In this document: piece after piece, positions 1 to 9,757 of the stretch
Position numbering within the stretch: the first letter of the stretch is position 1
Layout of the letters: each line of letters opens with the position of its first letter
Program-made: the position numbers and the translations under genes
Assembly (NCBI GenBank): GCA_963706795.1
Contig: OY970170.1
Span: forward strand, 1,170,001-1,202,000
DNA: 32,000 bases
Reading direction: 5' to 3'
Source of the DNA: Candidatus Saccharimonadota bacterium
GTDB lineage: Bacteria; Patescibacteriota; Gracilibacteria; BD1-5; UBA2023
The notes under the pieces: generated by a model
Told to the model about the DNA's origin: nothing
The model's database searches: none
The model's input: only the letters and a program-made list of their open reading frames with translations

Positions 1-90
1 GTACCTTACAACAGAAATAAAAGATTCTGTGTTTTTGAACAAGTGTTTCATATTGGATACAGTGAGTATTCAAGAATCTTCGATTTTGAT

Positions 91-3000
91 CTATTCAACT
101 TCGTCAATGAATTTTTTGCGTACGTAGCCAGTTCCTTTTTGTGATCGGATTTCAACCCATTCTGAACCATTAAGACGGTCGAGGATAACGATGAGCTCGC
201 CATGTTTGAGTGGGCTGAGTGATCGTACGATCGGAGAATCTCCATCTGGCTTTGAACGAATATTGAGGTATCGAGCTGCATTGACGCGTGCCCATGTAAC
301 CTCGTAGTTGAGTTCGTGACCTTGTGCAAAGAGGTATGGATCAGTGCGGGCAATATCCGAATCCTGAAGCGTTCGGAGATAGTCGAGATAGACCCAACCA
401 TCGACCCCGTCAAATGTTACATGCCCCCAAACTCCTTGTTCCCCAATGAGTTCAACACGGCTATTGCGTGGAAGTGTCGCGAGGAGATCGCCATCCATGC
501 TTGGTGTCAAGCGAACATTGACCGAGTTTGCAGCGCTGATAAATCGTGCACCACCTTCAAATGTATAGTCTACTGGATTTGTACCATTGGTAGCAGTTGG
601 AGTATCGACTGCGTCACCATTCTTTACAACATATCCAAGTCCTGGAGCATCAACTGCATGACCAATTGGAGTCTTTGGAACTGTAGGCTTTTTTATCGGA
701 GTGGTTGGCTTAACTGTTGGCTTTGTCGGTCTAACAATTGGTTTTGTTGTACCCTTCACTGGAGTAGTTGGTGGGTATGGGGTTTTAATTGTTGGAGTTC
801 CCATGTTACCGATTGCTCCTGTTCCGGTAGTGGTAGTACCGGTACCAGTAGTAGTTGTCCCTGTTCCCGTATTTACTGTAGGAGTAGAAGGTGTTGAAGG
901 AAATCCAATGAAGATGCTTCCTCCTCCACTTCCACCACCTCCGCTTGATCCAAATGATCCGCCGCCCCCTCCACCAGATGAACCTCCATTACTTCCGCCA
1001 TTTGTGCTTGCTACTGCGAAGAGTGCGGTACCAACTGGAGTATCTGTAATGTTTCCTGCTGCATCAACTGAGTGTACAAATACGTAATAGGTATTTGTTG
1101 GATCTACACCAACAATCGCACCTGAATGACTTGTACCAACTGTTGATCCGCTCCAAATTGTTGTCGCAACAACATTTGAGCCCGTTCCTACATAAAATGT
1201 TGAAGTCGTCGTTTCGTTCGTTGTAAATGTGTAATAACCCGTTGTCACTCCTGCATTAGTAACTCCTGAGAAGCTCTGAGCACTAATTGCGGGTGCGAGT
1301 GCGTCCTGAGTAATTACCACGTTCGTTCCAGTTGATACATTACCTGCGAGGTCAGTTGCCCGAACTACAAAGGTTGTTCCTGTATTTGTAACGAGTGGGA
1401 GAGTGAGCGTATATGCTCCAGTACCACTTGCGATTGTAGAGACCATTCCTGAAGATGTCGCTGTGACTGTTGCTCCTGTCTCAGTCGTACCTGTGAGAAC
1501 GTATGTAAGTGCATTTGTAATTGCTCCCGTTGCCGAGACCGTAAAGCTTGGTGCAACCGAATCTTGAATTACCGCAATCGATCCAGTAAGGGTCGCCGAA
1601 GTGTCAGTGGCCGTTACGAGGAAATTATTTGTCACATTTGCTGTGAGTGGAAGCGTAACACTATATGCCCCCGTTCCAGATACGGTAGTCGAGGCTGATG
1701 CTGTACCGCTGACTGCAATATTTGCATTTGCCTTTGAAGTTCCTGAAATCGTAAATGTATTTGCGCTCGTCGTAATTGGTCCGACCTGCGTAATAGTGAG
1801 TGTGAGTGGAATTGGATCCTGAGTAATTACTACAGATCCCGTTCCTACATTGCCTGCAAGATCAGTTGCAGTGACCAGAAGCGTATTTGCTGCACCAATC
1901 GAGAGTGGTACAACGAGGCTAAATGCTCCTGAACCATCTGCAACTCCACCGACTACTGCGCCAGAACCTCCAGAGATTACAATGCTCGCAAAGGCTTCTG
2001 TTGTACCGCTAAGTGTTGCGGCGAGTGCACTTGTTGTATGAGCTGCAGTAGCAATTACAACCGCAGGATTGATATCGTCATGCGTAATGCTTACAGAACC
2101 GGTAGCAACATGCATTGCCTGATCGGTTGATGTCAGACTAATCGTATTGAGGCTGTTTGGAAGAAGTGGAACTACGAAGCTATAATTCCCGCCTGCAGCA
2201 CTTCCTGTAAGAGTGAGTCCACCATTTCGAGTCAGTACGAGCGATGATCCAACCTTAGTAGATCCCGTAAGCGTGATGCTATTTGACGAAGTCGCTACTG
2301 GCTGAGGACTGATGAGAAGTGTATTAGCAACCGAGTCTTCGATGACCGTAATGGCGCTCGATGCTGTATTGGTTGCTGCGTCAGTTGCTGTTACTGTGAG
2401 GATATTTGTCGTATCCTGTAGAAGCGTTGCATTCGTACTAAATGCACCTGTAGATGATGCTGTGGCTGTACCTACCGTAGATCCAGACTGGTTGGTGATT
2501 ACGATATTTGCATTCGCTTCGGTGATTCCGTCGATCTGGAATGTATTTGCATCGACGATTGCTCCGCTTGCTGTAGAGAGGATGACCGTCGGTACGATGC
2601 TATCCTGGAGTACATTCATACTTCCAGTTCCTGCATTGCCTGCATTGTCTGTCGCAGTTACGAGGAGGGTATTGAGACTATTTGCTGTGAGCGATACCAC
2701 TCCTGAGAATGTACCATCCGATGCGGCAGTAACCAAGAGAGTTGCTGCTCCACCCGTGATGCTGATATTCGCATTTGCTTCTGTTGTACCTGTAAATGCT
2801 ACTGTTGCCTGATTTGTGACCGTAGTCGCAGGAGTAACAGAAACAACGGGATTAATATTGTCCTGAGTTACCGTGAGTGTTCGAGTAGAAGTATTTCCTG
2901 CTGCATCGGTTGCAGTCACAATGATTGTATTGTGAGCATTGAGCACGAGGGCAACATTGCCAGAGAATGCTCCATTACCGAGAGCAACAACATTGTCTGT

Positions 3001-6000
3001 TGATCCTGTATTACTGATGCTTACTGAGAGACCTGCTTCGGTTGTACCTGCAATATCAAAGCTTCCAGAATTTGTTGTCTGTCCTGAGGCAGTTGAGATC
3101 GTGAGAAGGGGAGGGGTGTTATCGATCGTAATTCCTGTTGCATGAATACCTGAGATATTACTTGAGGCATCAATTGCAATTGCGTCGTAATGCCCGTCTT
3201 GAACTCCTGCTGGAATTGTGAATGTATATGGAACATCCGCGAGTGCATTTGCCTTACCAAGGAATGCCTGACCACTCAGTAGGAGCGCTGTAAGATCACC
3301 TGTTGTTGCTACTGTTGAACCACTTTGTACAAAATAGATGCTTCCATTTTCGTCGATCGAAAGACTCGTTGTACTCGTAGAACCCGTTCGAAGGATTTCG
3401 TTAGTTGCTACAACATTTGTGATTGCCGGAGCTGTGAGATCGAGTGCAGCAGCTGAGTATGTAAATGGCGTACCTGGGATGCTTGCTGTAAGGATGAGAT
3501 TGGCACCAGATGCCGTTGCTGTGACTCCACTTGCTGTAATATTTCCTGCAAGTGCTGTGACTACTGAATTGTCAGTATCAAGGGCATTACTGAGATAGTC
3601 ATAATTTGTCGCATTGACCGTAACACGGAATGTCCATTTTTTAATCGTATTTGAAGGCGTCACCGTAACAATCTGTGAAACCGGTGGTACATTGATCGCT
3701 GTGATCGTTGCAGTCTGCGTATTGATTACTGAGAGTGTGCTTACTGAGAATGCCGTTCCTGCAACATTTGCCGTAAGAATAAGCGTCGATCCTGACATGC
3801 TTGTTGTTACGGGTCCGAGTCCATCGATGGCTGTTCGGAGATTTGTGAGGGTTGTTGCGCTGTCTGTTGCAAATGATGCCTGAGCTGTGAGGCTACCATT
3901 TACTGTAAGGCTTACGGCATCACCAGGGAGGAATGTTGGTACATTCACGCTCATAACCTGTGCGACTGGTGCAACATTGTTAACTGTGGTAGTTGGCGCT
4001 ACAGTATTGCTTACTGAGAGATTTCCGAGAGTAAATGGAATTCCTGCGACTTCTGCAGTAACCGTTACTACGAGCCCGCTTGCTGTCGCGCTCACTCCTG
4101 GTTGTGCGTCGATTGCTGCTGCAAAACCACTCATTGTGAGGGCTTCTGATCCTGAGAAACTCGTTGTAACACTTCCACTGCCTACTGGGAGCGTAAGTGT
4201 GTCACCCGCAACGAGATTTCGAGGCATAGTAACGTCCATAATCTGAGCCTGAGCTGGCACATTTGGCACGATATTCGTGTTTGGAACTGCGAGAGCAATA
4301 CCAAGAGCGCTGAGCGTGAATGGAATTCCTGCAACTTCTGCAGTAACCGTAATAGTAGATGCTCCGCCATTACTTACTGCGCTCACTCCTGGAAGTGCAT
4401 CGATTGCTGCTGCAAGATTTGCGAGAGTTGTTGCTGTGTCGGTTGCAAAACCTGCAGTTACCGTCTGTGCATTTACATCAACAGAAAGCGTCTCACCAAC
4501 CACGAGGGTTCGTGGAATTGTAAATTGATCAACCTGTGCTCCGCTTGCGACATTTGGTACGAGATTTACTGGGCTGATGGATTCGCCATCGAGCTTGAGG
4601 CTTCCAGTGTATCCAACACCTGCCGTCTTTGCTGTGAGTCGTAGAGTCTTTGTAGCTCCGCTATATGAAGCACTCGCAAATGTCCCGTTATCAATGAGTC
4701 CACCAAGAAGCGTCATCGTTGTAGGAGCATCCGTTGTAAATGCCTGATTAACACTTGCGCCTGAAAGTGTCGCAGTAACCGTCTGTCCAGAATGTACATC
4801 ATACAAAAGTGTATAATCATCCACCTGAGCTACCGGAGCTACATTTGCCTGAAGTGTTGTAGGAGTGCTTGAGTTATCTATTGCAATTGTTCCGATCACG
4901 AGACTTGCACCTGTTGCAGTCGATGCAACAATTACTGTATTTGATCCACTTGCTGTTGCGCTTACGCCTGGCTGAAGGGCAATATTCGATGCAACATTTA
5001 AAATCGTAGTTGCGTTGTCTGTTGCAAACGGTGTATTGACCGTTGTACCATTCACGTCTACCGCCACAGCATCACCTGCTACAAAATCCGTAGGGAAGGT
5101 GATCGACTGACGTGCTACCGCACCTGCCGAACTCGAGACTGACTGTGTTGGAGTTACTGTATTGGTAATGACGAGATTTCCAGTTGTAAATGCCGTACCT
5201 GCATCAGCTGCAGTAATCGTAATTACTGATCCGCTCGCAGTTGCATCGAGCTGAGGGAGGCTATCAATATTGCTCGCAAGATTTGCAATTGTCGTTGTCG
5301 AATCCGCAAGATATGTCTGTGTAAAGAGAGTTCCATCAATCGTTACTCCAACACTGTCGCCATTCACGAGCGTACGAGGAAGTGTATATGTATTTGATTG
5401 AGTAACTGCGACTACTGGCGTTGATTGAGTCGATGTAATATTTCCTGGTGTTGCTCCATTTACAAAATTGATCTGCGTTGTTCCTACCTGAGCAGTCTGA
5501 CGCGTAAAGATCGCATGTGTACCGGTTCCACCTGGTGTAATAACACCATTTACTGGATCGCTAATACCATTGAGTCCTCGTAGAAGTGCTGCAATAGTAC
5601 CGATATCAGTAGATGCGATATTGATCACTGCTGCATTATTACTACAGTCATAGTCTGGAAGTGTCACTGACGAAAATGTCACATTACATGAGCCAATCGT
5701 GAGAGTTTCACCTTCGAGTGGAGCGGATACCACATTCACATCGAGTGAAGCCTTCGTTTCAGGAGTATTTGTAGTCACTGAAGTTGATGCTACGCCAGTG
5801 CTGGTTGTTACAAAATTACCAGTAGTGAACGAGTTACCTGCCGTTGCTGCTGTTACTGTGAGTGTACGAGTTCCTGTATTCATCGTTGCATCTACTGCGC
5901 CAAGAGCATCTGTAGCCGTTCCAAAGCTATTTAAAGATGTTGCGTCATCTCCAGTAAATGCACCCGTAAGACTCTGTCCTGCAATCGTCCATGTCGTCTG

Positions 6001-7695
6001 ATCACCCGAAATAATCGTATTTGGAATGATATAACTCGAGATCTGTTTTACAGGATTTGCTGGATTTTGGAGAACCGTAGGTGAGACCTGATTGATCACA
6101 TTGAGGCTCGAAATGCTAAACGAAACTCCAGGTGTCGTTGCTGTTACGGTAATAGTACGAATCCCCAGAGAAACACTCGCATCTACGTTTGCAAGTCCGT
6201 CAATCGCTGCCGTCATAGCAGTAAGCGTCGCGTTTGAGCTTGTGATATATGACTGATTTACGGCTATTCCATTGATCACGATACTCGCATTGTCGCCAGC
6301 AACGAGATTACGTGCAAAAGTGATGGTTTCGCTTTGAGATTTTGCTACAACATTGGCAACGACAGAAGTTGTTGCTACTTGTGTTTGTATAGCGAATGCA
6401 CCAAGAGTAAACGGAGTACCTGCTGCTTCTGCTACCACAGTAACAGTTTTAAGTCCTGGATTGCTCGTCGCTGTAACCCCAGGAAGTGCGTCAATAGCAC
6501 TTGCAAGAGCTGCAAGCGTCGCTGCGCTTGATCCAGAATAGCTGAGATTTACAGGTGTTCCGTTCACGCTTCCTGAGAGCGTATCACCTGCAACGAAGTC
6601 ACGAGCAAAGCTCATAACATCCTGCTGAGCCACTGCAATCACATTTGGTGCCACATGTACCACTGCTACACTATTACCCGTAACCGCAAGTGTTCCAATC
6701 GCAAAGGGTGTGCCTGGAATTGCAGACGTAATAGTAATCGCTCCTCCACTACGAGAAGCATCAACTGCAGCAAGTGAATCAATCTGATTTACAAAGGCAT
6801 CGAGTGTTGCATTTGAGCTGCCTGTATAGCTCTGCACAATCGGCGTACCCGCAACTGTGAGAGCCATTTGCTCACCGGCATCAATCGTTCGTGGAAGCGT
6901 GATTGTATTGACCTGCGCAACTGGCACAACATTTGGCTGTACGACGCTTGGATTTACGCCACTCGACTGAATAACGAGATTTGAGAGGCTGAATGGAACT
7001 CCTGCCGTCTTTGCAATAAAGCTGATTTTATTTGTCGCACCCGAATAGCTCGCATTTACAATCGTCCCCGATGTAATTTGTGAAGCAAGAGCCGTAAGAG
7101 TTGTTGTCTTGTCAGTATTAAAGTTTTGAGTCACACCCGTACCTGCAACAGTGAGTCCTACAACATCACCAGCGATAAGGTTTGCGTTGATCTGATACTC
7201 AGCCTGCTGTGCAACCGCAACAACGTTATTAACGAGCGTATTAAAGTTATTTGGTGCATCTTGTACTACGAGTGTCGGGGTAGCAAAAGGCGTACCTGGA
7301 TTAGCACTCGTAATCGTGTAGGTTCGAGTAGGAGTATCTACAGTCGAGTTTACTTCGGTAAGTGCATCAATTTTTACATTGAGAAGCCCGAGTGTTACCG
7401 TGCTCGAAGTATCGAATGCCTGTGAGACAGTCGTACCGCTGAGAGTAAATACCAAATTATCTCATGGAACAAGGTCATGAGGTACACTCACTTGCACAAT
7501 TTCTGCTCCTGCTGGAACATTAGACTGTGTAAGCGTGGCTGTAAGTGCTGGATTCGCTGCATATGCGAGTCCAGGCATCACAATCTGTGCGATGAGGAGA
7601 ACAATGGAAAGGCCTGCTACTTTCCGACGAAGGTACTGCGACATAAAAGACAGATTAAAAATGATTACTCTTTGAGTGATAGTTTGGCGTGACAT
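91..7695 (-). CDS. giant secreted/cell-surface repeat protein, 2534 aa with TGA 7462-7464 read as Gly; putative adhesin or envelope protein
   Basis: ORF-track pieces 91..7455 and 7462..7695 share a frame and are separated only by TGA. AGGAG lies 4 nt upstream of the ATG at 7695. The N-terminus has a basic region, a hydrophobic core and AYA|A (signal/anchor). Downstream come ~14 repeats of ~97 aa, 7 Ig-like repeats, an FN3-like module, Gly-rich and Thr/Pro-rich linkers, and 2 SH3b-like domains. Stop is TAG at 91-93. Confidence 0.9.
94..560 (-). other. two C-terminal SH3b-like (bacterial SH3, cell-wall binding type) domains of the giant protein
   Basis: First: ARFISAANSVNVRLTPSMDGDLLATLPRNSRVELIGEQGVWGHVTFDGVDGWVYLDYL. 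Second: ARYLNIRSKPDGDSPIVRSLSPLKHGELIVILDRLNGSEWVEIRSQKGTGYVRKKFI. Both fit the (V/L)N(V/I)R..P......(I/L)..L..G..(V/L).......(G/W)W..(V/I).....GW(V/I)...(Y/F)(L/I) pattern. Confidence 0.7.
690..1005 (-). repeat. low-complexity linkers: a Gly/Ser-rich tract followed by a Thr/Gly and Pro/Thr/Lys-rich tract
   Basis: The protein reads GGSNGGSSGGGGGGSFGSSGGGGSGGGS, then TGTGTTTTGTGTTTTGTG, then PTTPVKGTTKPIVRPTKPTVKPTTPIKKPTVPKTP. The corresponding DNA is visibly low-complexity. Confidence 0.9.
1300..3125 (-). repeat. 7 tandem Ig-like (bacterial Ig / Big-type) coding repeats of ~87 aa
   Basis: Each unit has the form DxxxPxxxxxxxxxxTNxxxxxxxGTTEAxAxxxxxxxxxxxxxxxxxGxFSxxxxLxxxxxNxxxVTATDxAGNxxTGSxxxxQD. 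Unit ends are TVTQD, NVLQD, TVIED, SITHD, VITQD, AVIQD and VITQD. Confidence 0.75.
3440..7455 (-). repeat. about 14 tandem coding repeats of ~285-291 bp (~95-100 aa) inside the giant gene, interrupted by one unique insert
   Basis: Recurring pattern: (V/A)AQ(V/I)xx(V/I)T(L/F/M)PRxLVAGDxxxVxVNGxxVxxxFxxDxATTLxxLAxAIDALPGVSAxxSGxxxTITVTAExAGxPFTLxxL. At the DNA level, the 32-mer aatggaattcctgcRacttctgcagtaaccgt occurs at 4034-4065 and 4319-4350 (31/32 identical, 285 bp apart). Confidence 0.85.
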
Positions 7696-7944
7696 GGGAC
7701 TCCTGTATTGATATCCGCTGTTGTGTTTTTATCTTGCAATAAACTTATCTCCGCTGCAAGTATTGTCAAATGACTAAAATCTTGTTTCGTATAAATAATT
7801 TATACGGAATTCATCCCTTGGGCAAAGGGATTTGATATCTTTTTTTGGCAAAACTTCCTCAAAAGCAGAAATATTCAAAAAACAACTTTTAAAAATCGTC
7901 AATTTGCACAAATTCGACGAAATATTTCTTGAAATCGCAAATAA

Positions 7945-7963
7945 ATATGTACTATGTACATAT
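7945..7963. promoter_or_regulatory. candidate LexA operator (SOS box) upstream of umuD-umuC
   Basis: Perfect 19-bp palindrome ATATGTAC-TAT-GTACATAT, ending 15 nt before the umuD ATG. The same ATATGTAC / GTACATAT arms flank the lexA upstream region at 27621-27651. Confidence 0.55.
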
Positions 7964-7978
7964 AAATAATCAAAACAT

Positions 7979-8329
7979 ATGTACAATCATCCACGTTTTG
8001 TCACAGAACGCCAAGAATGAGAGGGGAGCCTCTCTGATTATCTCGTCGAACACCCCGCAACTGCGATGTTCCATACCATGAAGGGCTCGAGTATGTGCGA
8101 TGTTGGCATATTTGAAGGCGACACTGTCGTAATTGAGAAGGGGAGAGTGCCAAAAGCAGGGGATGTTGTGCTTGCTATTGTGGATGATAGTTATGTGATT
8201 CGCATTTTTGATTTTCATGGGAACAGGCCGATGCTCAGATCTTGAAATCCCGAATATGCTTCGATTATCCCAAGCGAATCCCTCGAGATCCGCTGAGTAG
8301 CCGTCTCTCTGATGCGAAAATATCACTAA
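7979..8329 (+). CDS. umuD: UmuD-like S24 peptidase-fold protein, 116 aa, 3 in-frame TGA
   Basis: Hand translation: ...LSDYLVEHPATAMFHTMKGSSMCDVGIFEGDTVVIEKGRVPKAGDVVLAIVDDSYVIRIFDFHGNRPMLRSGNPEYASIIPSESLEIRGVAVSLMRKYH. This aligns by eye with the E. coli UmuD core (GDSM Ser motif present). TGAs are at 8018, 8243 and 8294. Stop is TAA at 8327-8329. The ORF-track entry on the opposite strand (7970..8341) is an antisense shadow. Confidence 0.8.
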
Positions 8330-8339
8330 ACTCGCTCGC

Positions 8340-9530
8340 ATGATACTTCGAACTTCGACAAAACTCTATGCACATGTCGATTGTAATTGTTTCTTTGTAT
8401 CATGCGAAATACTCCGCGATCCTTCGCTCAGGAATAAATGCGTTGTGGTCTGAGGCGACATTATCATCGCGGCATCTTACGAAGCACGTAAATATGGCAT
8501 CCGAGTCGGTACTCCAAAATGGGAAGCAGAACAAATGCTCGCAGGCAAGCTTATAATTCTACCGCCAGATCTCGGATATTATCGCAGAATTTCCGACGAG
8601 TTTCTCTGATTTTTAGGTGAAAGAAGTCTCTCAGTTGAGCCATTTTCTATTGATGAAGCCTTTTTGGATATTACATGACTTCCAGATCGTTTTACTGAAG
8701 GAGATGTCACCAAATTTACCACTCAGTTACGAGAAGAGGTCAAAAATCGCATCGGGATACCAGTATCAATCTGAGTCGCCAATACTCGCATTAAAGCAAA
8801 AATTTTCTCAGATATTCATAAACCAAATGGTCAGTTTGTGGGTCTCGATGCGAGCGACGAAGCTGAAGTTTTTACAGAGCTTCCGGTACGAGACATTCCA
8901 TTTGTGGGACGTAATACTGAGATCAAGCTTGGTAAGAGTGTTCGAACAATACTAGACTTCAAACAGTTTGGCTTTTTTGAACTTGATCGACTTATCGGTA
9001 AGAATGCAACAACTCTTTGGCTCGAGCTTCATGGTGTTGATGTCTGGCATATGGATCATGGCCGAGGCGGGCGACAGAAGAGTATTTTGAGGTCTCGATC
9101 CTTCAATCACTTCATGACAGATAACAAGCATATTCTCTGGCGATATTTCCTCGCTAATTTTGAAAATGCCTACCGTGAACTCATGGAGCTCGAATGCGAA
9201 ATTGGAGAGGTGAGTGTGCTTTTGCGCTCAAGAGAGCTCGTGAGATCCCGAGCTTCACGAATTTTTGATAGCAGCACCGCAGACAAGCACCAAATCCTCG
9301 AAACCTGCAAAGAACTCATGACAGAAGTCTTTACACCTGGAATATTCTATAGAACCACGGGGATTCTGTTTTCGGGCCTAACGATTGCTAATCCGCGCCA
9401 ACTCTCAGTATTCGATGTCGATAACACTCGATATGAACGCACAATCCGACTCGAGCAAACTCTTGCACAGGTCAATCAAAGATATGGCAAATGATCTGTG
9501 AAGCTTTGAGGAACACTTATTAGTGGATAG
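8340..9530 (+). CDS. umuC: Y-family (translesion) DNA polymerase, UmuC/DinB-like, 396 aa, 6 in-frame TGA
   Basis: Motifs YAHVDCNCFFVSCE, SIDEAFLDIT[TGA=G] and PVSI[TGA=G]VANTRIKAKIFSDIHKPNG. It is in frame with ORF-track 8838..9494. I checked every codon from 8340 to 8838 and found no TAA/TAG. It starts 11 nt after the umuD stop. The first true stop is TAG at 9528-9530. Confidence 0.88.
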
Positions 9531-9656
9531 ATAAATTGTTTATAAGTACATGAATCAATCACACGAAATATTTATATTATGCACAGAGAGCACTTAGATA
9601 GCGACCTATACGAATTCACGGAAATCCCTTGTATTCTCATATTTTTATATAAAATG

Positions 9657-9682
9657 CATTACATAAGTTACATTATGTAATG
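9657..9682. promoter_or_regulatory. 9-bp inverted repeat (CATTACATA-N8-TATGTAATG) in the AT-rich region upstream of the recombinase gene
   Basis: CATTACATA at 9657-9665 is the exact reverse complement of TATGTAATG at 9674-9682. It lies 76 nt upstream of the ATG at 9758. Its function (operator or recombination site) is unknown. Confidence 0.35.
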
Positions 9683-9757
9683 TAGTTTTTGTTTGTGCTT
9701 TTCCCTCACTCTTCCTGTGTGGATAAATAAAATCATTCATTCATAAATATACTACCT

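Noticed and set aside
316-7425. Many plus-strand ORFs of 60-190 aa inside the giant gene (for example 316..897, 2312..2812 and 3887..4246).
   Set aside because: They are antisense shadows of a long, compositionally biased Thr/Ala/Val/Gly-rich coding region. Their products are low-complexity and they lack start signals.
1300-7455. Regularly spaced repeats, which could suggest a CRISPR array or satellite DNA.
   Set aside because: The periods (261-291 bp) are multiples of 3. The copies are diverged at the DNA level but conserved at the protein level, and all lie in one open reading frame. There is no short-repeat/spacer organisation.
91-7695. Possible diversity-generating retroelement target, since DGRs are common in CPR genomes and surface proteins are typical targets.
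   Set aside because: The window contains no reverse transcriptase gene. I also found no template/variable repeat pair showing adenine-specific differences.
7970-8341. A 123-aa minus-strand ORF.
   Set aside because: It is exactly antisense to the umuD-like gene, whose translation carries clear S24-family motifs. The minus-strand product has none.
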